DNA of 64,000 nucleotides from an uncultured Verrucomicrobiae bacterium (GTDB lineage Bacteria > Verrucomicrobiota > Verrucomicrobiia > Chthoniobacterales > JAFAMB01), in contig CAWIPH010000002.1 in NCBI GenBank assembly GCA_963837955.1, positions 3,360,001 to 3,424,000 on the forward strand, read 5' to 3'. The position numbers and the translations under genes were made by a program. Positions 51,017-58,925 of this stretch are shown one piece after another (position 1 is the stretch's first letter; each line of letters begins with the position of its first letter). The notes beneath the pieces are model-generated. The model searched no databases and was not told the DNA's origin. It saw only the letters and a list, made by a program, of their open reading frames with translations.

Positions 51017-51658
51017 CTAACCTCCTGGAATTAGTCCCCGCTTCGTAGCAACAGCAATCGCTTCCGTGCGGCCCATGGCATCTAACTTTGTCAGAATAGA
51101 TTTCACGTGGGCCTTTACTGTGTGCTCCGTAATGTAGAGTTGTTGTCCTATTTCTTTGTTGCTTTTGCCCATCGCTATCTGCCGCAAAACCTGAAGCTCA
51201 CGCGTCGAGAGCTCGGGATGGGCCAACGATTCCGTGAGTTTGGAGGCGATCTTCGGCGAGACCAAAGATTCTCCTAGGGCAACTCTCCGAACAGTCTCAA
51301 GAATCTGTTCCGATAAGGCTCCTTTCACCAGGTAACCCTTGACGCCGGCCCGGAGAGCTCGGCGAACATCCTCTTCTGTCTCGTAGGTTGTCATCACGAT
51401 AATCCGCGGTTTGGGTCGTCTGCTGGACATCAGTTCGGTGACAACCTGCAGCCCGTCTTTCTTCGGCATCCGAAGGTCGAGGATAAGAACATCGGGAGAA
51501 TGCCGATCATACAGCTTACAGGCTTCCTCGCCATCAGTGGCTTCGGCTACGACCTCTATATCTTTCTCCGATCGGAGAATGGCAGCCAGACCTTCGCGAA
51601 CGACCGGATGATCATCCGCAATCAAAACGCGAATGGTGTTTGTTGCGGACGATTTCAT
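51017..51658 (-). CDS. NarL/LuxR family response regulator
   Basis: LIADDHPVVREG, ILDLRMP, LSTRELQVL, GKSNKEIG, TVKAHV. Confidence 0.94.
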   Translation of the reverse strand: MKSSATNTIRVLIADDHPVVREGLAAILRSEKDIEVVAEATDGEEACKLYDRHSPDVLILDLRMPKKDGLQVVTELMSSRRPKPRIIVMTTYETEEDVRRALRAGVKGYLVKGALSEQILETVRRVALGESLVSPKIASKLTESLAHPELSTRELQVLRQIAMGKSNKEIGQQLYITEHTVKAHVKSILTKLDAMGRTEAIAVATKRGLIPGG

Positions 51659-52169
51659 GATATTAACAAGCAATGAAAACTTAAGCGCTGCGTCTTGGAT
51701 GAGAAAGTTGTTTTGCGCTACTCGTTAGAGTGGGGGTGAAAACCAGTCGGCCGGCTAGCCTGTATGTCCCCAAATCTCTCAGGATTTCTAACGCATGCAA
51801 GTGATCAGTAATCGAACGACGACACTACCGATCGCCGGAAATTGGCCGAGATGGTGAGTGACGTTTGGGATGGCCGCTCACCACTGCGCCTCGATTCCCT
51901 GCGCACTTTCCCGGTCGTAAGCGACCTGGTCGTCGATGTCTCTGATTTTTTTCAACGCATGTCGGCCACCGATATGTCGATCACCTGACCTACCTGGTCA
52001 TCCGATGAGGCAAAACTACGCGAGTTTTTGACCCGGCGGAACTCGCACTGCGCAGACCTACCTCAACACGGCCATCGCCATGAGAAGCAGAAAGAGACTG
52101 GAAAGAAAAATGAACGCTTCCATACGTCTTGTTTTTCCATCGACGGCAGGGACTACCTTCTCACGCGGC

Positions 52170-52604
52170 TCAAAAATAACTTAGATGGTTGAGACCGTTC
52201 TCCAGTTCCACATCAACCGGGGCAGACTGGTCGTCACTTAGTAGAAAGACGAGCTGCATAGGGCTAGCCTCTCTCGGGACTTTCTTCGGATAGGGGATTT
52301 CGTTGTCTACGATCCATTCGCTGTCGTCCGGTAAACGATACACAACAAAAACGTGACTACCCTCAACTGCCGTATTGCGAATATGCCATCGGTAGAATAT
52401 CAGTTGGCCGTGAATCCCGTCAGCTGCCAGCCTCGAAGAAAGCGCTAAGGCATAATCCATACACGCGCCATCTTTGCCTTTTCCTTTCAGAGTCGGATCG
52501 CCAGCAAGTCCGTAGTGTGGTGGCTGACTTAAGCAGAAAGCAGTTAGTAGGAAGTAGACAACTACGCACCCTAATATGATTGTAATGCAATAGCGTTTTG
52601 ACAT
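52170..52604 (-). CDS. Secreted/membrane-anchored protein with a putative transglutaminase-like Cys-His-Asp triad
   Basis: N-terminal hydrophobic segment; GACMDYAL, SHVFVVY, WIVDNE. Confidence 0.6.
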   Translation of the reverse strand: MSKRYCITIILGCVVVYFLLTAFCLSQPPHYGLAGDPTLKGKGKDGACMDYALALSSRLAADGIHGQLIFYRWHIRNTAVEGSHVFVVYRLPDDSEWIVDNEIPYPKKVPREASPMQLVFLLSDDQSAPVDVELENGLNHLSYF

Positions 52605-52967
52605 GTTCTTGTGAAATACCAAAACTTACCACTCGATTATTGTTAGCTCGATTGTTCCAAAGGACTGTTTTCAATGACCCGATCGAGCACCTGGGACATC
52701 AATCGATTGAGTCTCCATCATGGTTTTGCCGGCGTAGGACGAGGCCCGTCGGACTCATGGGATCTGGTTCCTAGGGCTTCACCCTAGGCTATCTTGAGAC
52801 GCGCCTTCCGCCTTCGCAAAGCTTCCGCACGATTGGTCATTGCAACGAATGCTTCGGCGGACAAGTCGGCGCTGCCGGCGATTCGCAGAGTAAAACCTCC
52901 ATCACGCCCCTAAAGCAGCCATCGACCAGTTCTCGGCGCACCCGGCGTTCTCGGCGTTCTCGGCGTT

Positions 52968-54362
52968 TCAGTCAACTCCCAATTCTCGCAACGGACGTCC
53001 TGCACGCAGATCCCGTTCGATCCGCTCGAGGGGCACTCCTTTGGTTTCAGGAACGAAGCGGAAGCAGAACCAGAGGCCGGCCAACGAAAGGACGGCGTAC
53101 AAGAGAAATGTCGAAACACTGCCTAGTTTATTCAGCAGGCTCAAAAACGTGAGTGACACCAGAAAATTGCTAAGCCAGTTAGCCATTGTAGCGACGCTGG
53201 CCGCCTGACCCCGAATGTTGAGTGGGAAAATTTCTGAGATCAACAGCCAGAAAACCGGTCCAAGCCCGATAGCGAAGGAGGCGATGTAGAGAGCCAGGCT
53301 GAGCACCCCAATCCACTTCAGGGCTACTCCGCCGATCGCGAATCCCAGACCGAGGGCCGCAAGGGACAAAGACATCCCACCTAGACTCGCTAACAGTAAA
53401 GGCCGGCGACCTACCCGATCGAGGAGAGGAATTGAAATCACGGTCACTAGCACGTTCACTAGTCCTACCCCTGCGGTGGCAATGATGGAGCCTGCGGCGG
53501 ACTGAAAGCCGGCTTGTTGGAAGATCGTCGGAGCGTAGTAGATAACAGTGTTGATCCCGGTAATTTGCTGAATGATGGCTAGTGCGACGCCCAAGAAGAG
53601 TACCCGCATGACAAACGGCGAAAACAAATCCGCCAGCTTGCCTCGGCCGGACTCTGCGTGCTCAAGAATGTCGTTTACTTCCGGCATGATTTCTTTGGGT
53701 TCGCGGATCCGGGACAGAACCTTGAGCGCCTCTTGTTTGTGCTGGTGCAGCAATAACCAACGCGGACTTTCCGGCAGCACAGCAATTCCCAGCCCGAGTG
53801 CCAAAGCCGGGAAAACGCCAAAGCCAAACATCCACCGCCAGTTCCCGCTCGAAGCGAACCCGGCGTCAACGATATAGGCAACGAGGATGCCCACGGTAAT
53901 GGCCAGTTGGTTCAGCGTGACGAGGCCGCCGCGCAGCTTGGGCGGTGCCATTTCGCCGATGTAGAGTGGAGCGGTATAGGAAGCGACACCGATCGCGAGA
54001 CCGATCGCGATTCGCCCCACGATCAATATCCCGGTGCTCGTGGCTATGGCGCACAGAATTGATCCGACGGCAAAAATGCCTGCAGTGATAAGGATCGCCC
54101 ATTTGCGTCCAATGCGGTCGGTCAAGCGTCCGCTCAGAACAGAGCCGCAAACGGCTCCAACCAGAGCCGCGCTCACTAAGACTTCTTCAGCAAATGGCGT
54201 TAATCCGAATTCTCCCTTGATAAAGAGAATTGCGCCAGAGATAACTCCGGTATCAAAGCCGAACAGAAGCCCGGCCAGCGCGGCGGTCGCCGCCACTATT
54301 TTAACAAAATGAGGAGAGTGTTTGGCCCCTGACGAGGTAGTAATCTGAGCTATTGAATCCAT
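52968..54362 (-). CDS. Sugar porter family MFS transporter
   Basis: LFGFDTGVISGA, DRIGRK, PESPRW, QQITGIN, PETKG. Confidence 0.95.
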   Translation of the reverse strand: MDSIAQITTSSGAKHSPHFVKIVAATAALAGLLFGFDTGVISGAILFIKGEFGLTPFAEEVLVSAALVGAVCGSVLSGRLTDRIGRKWAILITAGIFAVGSILCAIATSTGILIVGRIAIGLAIGVASYTAPLYIGEMAPPKLRGGLVTLNQLAITVGILVAYIVDAGFASSGNWRWMFGFGVFPALALGLGIAVLPESPRWLLLHQHKQEALKVLSRIREPKEIMPEVNDILEHAESGRGKLADLFSPFVMRVLFLGVALAIIQQITGINTVIYYAPTIFQQAGFQSAAGSIIATAGVGLVNVLVTVISIPLLDRVGRRPLLLASLGGMSLSLAALGLGFAIGGVALKWIGVLSLALYIASFAIGLGPVFWLLISEIFPLNIRGQAASVATMANWLSNFLVSLTFLSLLNKLGSVSTFLLYAVLSLAGLWFCFRFVPETKGVPLERIERDLRAGRPLRELGVD

Positions 54363-54489
54363 AAGCGCACCTTGGAAAAAGAAATAGTAATTACTGGCTC
54401 CGGGAAGTTTTTTTACCCAATTTCGGCAAACCTATTGCTGATCATCATCACCGATAGCGATCAGCCTCCGTTCCGGTGGGGTTGCCGCG

Positions 54490-55341
54490 TTAGGCAGGAG
54501 ACGGACCCGAGGAAATGCCGGTTTGATTCAGGACAAAACGCTCAATCGCGTGAGCGAACCCTTCCTCTTCATTTGAATCAGTAACGAAGTTAGCTTCCGC
54601 TTGGACTTCCTTGCTGGCGTTACCCATAGCGATGCTCATCCCGCTCTTGTTGAACATCAATACGTCATTGGGCATATCGCCAATGGTGGCGATGCTGCTC
54701 TTCGGTATAAGGTAAACGCACGCCAGAAAATCAACCACGCTCCCCTTATTCGCAGCGGGGTGGGTAACATCTAGATAGTACGGCTGCGATCGCGCCGCCG
54801 AAACGTGGTTGCCCAGCTCTTCCTGTACTTTTTTTTCGCACTCTGCCACTGCTTCGAGGTCATCGCTGACACCGACAATTTTTGCCGCTTGCGCGAGATA
54901 TTGGGAATAGTTCGAAGTTACCTCCGGCCCAAACCCGACGGTCTTACTCTCCCGATCGACATGCGGCCCTTTTGGATCTTGGACGTACCATGCTGTATCG
55001 GTGTAAAGCCATGCAACCAGCCCGTGCTCCCCGATCAACTCGATCGTGCGGGCCGTAGCATCCTTCGGTAAATCACGCATCACAATGGGATCCAGTCTGG
55101 GAGTAATAAAAACGCCTCCGTTGAATCCTGCCACTACCGTTGTGATGCTGAGATCTCTGATCAAGGTTTGCATGCCGCGCGGCGGCCGCCCGCTGGTAAT
55201 AGCAAATGCGATTCCCGCTTCGCCCAATTTGGCCACCGACTCCCGAGCCTTGGCAGTGAGCACCTTCTCCTGAGTGACTAGTGTTCCGTCCACGTCGGCT
55301 AGGACCAGCTGTATACGATTTTCGTTTTTGTATGGTTTCAT
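54490..55341 (-). CDS. Cof-type HAD-IIB hydrolase
   Basis: DVDGTL, ITSGRP, NKG, IGDMPND, AMGNA. Confidence 0.93.
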   Translation of the reverse strand: MKPYKNENRIQLVLADVDGTLVTQEKVLTAKARESVAKLGEAGIAFAITSGRPPRGMQTLIRDLSITTVVAGFNGGVFITPRLDPIVMRDLPKDATARTIELIGEHGLVAWLYTDTAWYVQDPKGPHVDRESKTVGFGPEVTSNYSQYLAQAAKIVGVSDDLEAVAECEKKVQEELGNHVSAARSQPYYLDVTHPAANKGSVVDFLACVYLIPKSSIATIGDMPNDVLMFNKSGMSIAMGNASKEVQAEANFVTDSNEEEGFAHAIERFVLNQTGISSGPSPA

Positions 55342-55375
55342 GATTAATGGATTCTTTCCTTCGCCAGGAGTTCAC

Positions 55376-55498
55376 TCACCACGCGCTCCGCTCGAAACCG
55401 AACCTTTTCTGAAACTCTTTGAGCGGGAGAGCCTTGGCGGTCGTCAGACCGCCGAAACCACCGCCTACGATCCTGATACATGGGACGCGCTCTCGCAT
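55376..55498 (-). pseudogene. Chimeric deletion scar: NDH-2 N-terminus fused to transketolase C-terminus
   Basis: MRERVPCIRIVGGGFGGLTTAKAL|PLKEFQKRFGFE... with a GGAG RBS. The second half matches the tkt end PLKELQKKFGFE at DNA level. Confidence 0.8.
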
Positions 55499-55637
55499 GG
55501 CGTCTCCATCCTATACCCAGGAAAGTCCCCTAGCTATGACTCGAAAGAAGGTTTTGCTGTCTAGCCGTTTGGTTAGTCAAGACTCCATTCGGGCTGCCGT
55601 CGAAGGTTCGACGGCCACGTTTCGCTCAGCCGAGCGA

Positions 55638-57425
55638 TTAGAAGAACCACTCAACCTGAGTACCAAACAACCAGCCGTCGTTGGATTTGGCGCTGGCGTA
55701 GGGCGCAGTCGAAAACCCGCCAATGTTGCCACCTTCTCCAATTGACGTGGTAGCGCCGCGCAGAGAGTCGGTCCAGATGGCGTAAGTTGCGAAGACGCGA
55801 AGCTCCGGACGGGTAAAATATCCACCCTTCGGCTTAATCGTCGGAGCGATAGTGAAAACTCCCATCGATCCGCTGCGACCGTAGGCAGTGGTTCCTTGAA
55901 AACCGCGGACGTTATCCTGGTAGCTCCCGAAAGCTTGTCCCCCGATCGCGATGTTATCGGCAATCCAGTAGTAAGGTCTGATACCGGCCTCGAACAGGTT
56001 ACGCGTGCCAGGAGCTTCCCGGAAGGATGTACCTGGGCCCTGGTTGCCAAATGTGCGAAAACCGGCCGAATCCTGTTGCCAGAATCCCCAGTTGGCAACG
56101 GTGAAACAAGGGTTGGGATTCCAGACAAAGAACCAACCGGCTCGAAAGGCACGCTGCTTCTGGATTGCGTTTCCGGCATCGATTCGGACCCCAGCCGGGG
56201 TCAAAGGATTCTTAGCCAGGAACGCGCCTTCGAATCCTGTGATTGTGGCGGTGTCAGTCCCGGCGCTGAAGTTGGTCGCTCCAAAGCCGAACAAAGCCCA
56301 GAACTCGAGGAGGCTCTTAGGGCCGATGGCGCTGAGATCGATCGCGTAGGCCGCGCCGCCACCGAGGCCCCAGGCGTCGGAAGTGTGAAGCGGATTGGTC
56401 AATTTGATTACATTCCCTTCCGCATCGTAACCCTGGGTGAACGTTGTGCCCTTCTCGTAGTTGGCAATACCGAACAGCATTAATTTCCCGGGACCAACCG
56501 AGACATCCTTCAACCGGACATCGAGACTATGCTTGTAGAACGTACCCGTAGCGGTGGAGAAAAGCGTGTCATTCAGGCCGCCGATATAGGCCACCCAGAG
56601 TTTACCGATGCCGACATCGATGTTCTTGACCCCGGCGCCATACCCGGACATGTCGAGCCAATAATAATCCATCGGCTCGACCTGCTGGCGGTCATAGAAC
56701 CGCTCACCTGCCCAAAAGGTAATTTCCGAAGCGCCCTTGAACACATTGCTCATTTCGAGGAACGCTTCGCGCAAGACGAAACGAAAATCGTTGCCAGCTT
56801 CCTCGACTCCAGTAGAAGGCGCGACGGTGAAGGTGTTGCGGTTCTGCTGGTAAACAATTGCGGGCGTGAATCGCATAGAGACATCCATCACGTCCGGGTT
56901 ATCACCCAACATATGGACTTGTTGCCAGGTTAACTCCATGTAGGTGTCGTTTTCGTTGCCGAGACGCGGACGGCCGCCCTCGTTGTCGGGCGGTTCGAAG
57001 TTGAAGTTACCGCCGCCACCATTGCCATTAAATTGGACACCCACGCGAACATAAGCCGAAAAGGTGAAATTCCGGGTCAGCGACTTGAGGAACGATTCGT
57101 CAAGCGCCGGGCCTTTGCCTTCATACTGCTTGCCGTCTGCATCAGTCAGAACGTGCGTATTCAGAATCGATCCGGAATCCGCTTTGGATTTGAGCGACTG
57201 GACCTCGGCTTCCATGTTCGAGATACGGTCCTCGTACTGTCTCTGCATTTTTTCCATTCGGGCCTCGGATTCCCGCTGCATTTTCTCCATCTGCGCCTTC
57301 AAAGCAGCAACATCACTCGAGTCAGAGTCCTGGGCGTGAACTGTCGCTGCGGCCAAAAGCGGCAAGCTCGCGACAAATAAAGCTCTAAGACCCAGCCGGA
57401 GGTAGGAGCCAATCGGAAAACACAT
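55638..57425 (-). CDS. LamB/maltoporin-type carbohydrate porin with N-terminal coiled coil
   Basis: RLGNENDTYMEL, WAGERFYDR, DYYWLDMSGYGAG, RPELRVFATYA, FGTQVEWFF. Confidence 0.92.
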   Translation of the reverse strand: MCFPIGSYLRLGLRALFVASLPLLAAATVHAQDSDSSDVAALKAQMEKMQRESEARMEKMQRQYEDRISNMEAEVQSLKSKADSGSILNTHVLTDADGKQYEGKGPALDESFLKSLTRNFTFSAYVRVGVQFNGNGGGGNFNFEPPDNEGGRPRLGNENDTYMELTWQQVHMLGDNPDVMDVSMRFTPAIVYQQNRNTFTVAPSTGVEEAGNDFRFVLREAFLEMSNVFKGASEITFWAGERFYDRQQVEPMDYYWLDMSGYGAGVKNIDVGIGKLWVAYIGGLNDTLFSTATGTFYKHSLDVRLKDVSVGPGKLMLFGIANYEKGTTFTQGYDAEGNVIKLTNPLHTSDAWGLGGGAAYAIDLSAIGPKSLLEFWALFGFGATNFSAGTDTATITGFEGAFLAKNPLTPAGVRIDAGNAIQKQRAFRAGWFFVWNPNPCFTVANWGFWQQDSAGFRTFGNQGPGTSFREAPGTRNLFEAGIRPYYWIADNIAIGGQAFGSYQDNVRGFQGTTAYGRSGSMGVFTIAPTIKPKGGYFTRPELRVFATYAIWTDSLRGATTSIGEGGNIGGFSTAPYASAKSNDGWLFGTQVEWFF

Positions 57426-57475
57426 TTTATCTTCCTTGATTGCGCGAGGTTACCGCCGCGCCTCGCGACGTTGAC

Positions 57476-57522
57476 TAGAAAAGCGCTCACAAGCGATAAC
57501 GAAACGGCGAACAGTTCGTCAA
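57476..57522 (-). promoter_or_regulatory. Sigma-70 promoter with LacI/GalR-type operator upstream of the porin
   Basis: Minus strand TTGACG (57522-57517), a weak -10, then TTGTGAGCGCTTTTCTA (57492-57476). Confidence 0.5.
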
Positions 57523-57757
57523 GAGAAAATCAAAAAAATCCTGACCCGCTTCCCAACAGGCAGAAAGGCTCAAGATAGTTGGCCTAGAGACGGCGTCGAG
57601 CGACAGCGAGATGAGTTGTACAAGTCAAACAACACGCGGTAGCACAGGGCTCACCGGGCATTCTGCTAATTCTCAAAAGGGCGCGCCACATCCTGGTGGG
57701 AATCCCTTCCCATCAGGATCATCACAAGCCCCACGCGGTAATTATCTCGGAGACTTT

Positions 57758-57955
57758 TCAACACCCAAACAGCTGACGCCAAAGATCATATGTTTCGGTT
57801 TCGTTGCACGAATTTCTTACTTGGCCCTGGTAGTGAGCGGCCTTTACTGGTTTAGGAGAGTCCGGCTGTGCCTTGGTATCGGCCACGCTCGCCGCAAACG
57901 TCAACGCAATAACTGGAAGAGCCGCTTTTTTCACTAATTTCCTCATTACTTTCAT
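57758..57955 (-). pseudogene. Internally deleted paralog of the adjacent YHS protein
   Basis: Signal peptide, KPVKAAHYQG and ETYDLWRQLFGC, versus YHS KPVKG...YQG and ETYNRWRQLFGS. A 19-nt exact DNA match. Confidence 0.7.
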
Positions 57956-58322
57956 TCCCTTCAATTCTATTTCTCTTACTCTAGATACTAACGGGCAGCT
58001 CTTTGCATCGCCATTGGTAGACCGGGCCAGGTTTCTCCACCCGAAAGACCTACCCATTCATCATCCGCAAGGGGGTCAATGAAACCGATCGCCTGATTGC
58101 CAAGCCTCGCCTGCCGGGCCGTCAGTTTCCTACCCCCCGCGGCGCGGTAGCATTTTTCGATGCTGGCCAACTGGCGTTACTGCTGCTTTTTAAGATACAA
58201 CTCGAGTCGAGTCAGTTGGAGCAAGCCGGAGATGATGAGTAAACCGTCTGAACATCTGCTTGAGAGATCTGTTACTCAGGAGAATGATGGATACCGGATG
58301 AACTACGAAAAATCGCAAAATA

Positions 58323-58769
58323 ATGAAAACTATCTCAACTCTCCTGGTAACTCTCATTGCAACGGCTTGTGTTTTTGCTGACGCAAAGAAATCTAGGTTT
58401 GCTCTAGACTCGCAGGGCGTAGCGATCCAAGGCTACGACCCTATCGCTTATTTTAAGCAAAACAAACCGGTAAAAGGTTCGCCAGCTAACCAAAGCGTTT
58501 ATCAAGGAGCGAAGTTCTACTTTGCCTCTGCCGCCGACAAAAATGAATTCGACAAAAACCCCGACAAATACGCGCCAGCTTACGGCGGCTATTGCGTCAA
58601 TAACCTAAGAAAAGGCAAGTTAGTGAACGGCGATCCTAACGTGTTCTTTCTCTACAAGGGAAAACTCTACTTTTGCAGCGAAAAGAAAGGCGTAGAAGAG
58701 TTCCAGAAAAATATGTCCCAGAATTTGGACGAAACCTATAATCGCTGGCGTCAGCTGTTTGGGTCATAG
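58323..58769 (+). CDS. Secreted YHS-domain protein
   Basis: AIQGYDPIAYF, KPVKG, FYFAS, PDKYAPAYGGYC, GKLYF. Confidence 0.9.
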   Translation: MKTISTLLVTLIATACVFADAKKSRFALDSQGVAIQGYDPIAYFKQNKPVKGSPANQSVYQGAKFYFASAADKNEFDKNPDKYAPAYGGYCVNNLRKGKLVNGDPNVFFLYKGKLYFCSEKKGVEEFQKNMSQNLDETYNRWRQLFGS

Positions 58770-58868
58770 CCAGTCCCCAGGCTAGAGACGCTAACCCGAC
58801 TCTCAGCGAGGCTGTACATGAAGCGGCCGGCGCCGCATTCAGCTAGAGCGATCCATATTTGATTGGTG

Positions 58869-58920
58869 GGCCCGTCGGACTCATGGGACTCATGGGTCGT
58901 ATAGGACTCATAGGTCCCAT
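58869..58920. repeat. Degenerate 9-mer tandem repeat, with a 20-bp head also at 52743-52762
   Basis: GGCCCGTCGGACTCATGGGA is exact at both sites, followed here by GGACTCAT(G/A)-type units. Confidence 0.65.
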
Positions 58921-58925
58921 GTGAC

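Noticed and set aside
58323..58769. Selenoprotein recoding in the YHS gene
   Set aside because: The motif reads GGYC with a normal Cys codon, and there is no in-frame TGA.
49221..58920. CRISPR array among the short repeats
   Set aside because: Repeats are 7-9-mer tandems or isolated pairs with no unique spacers, and no cas genes are present.
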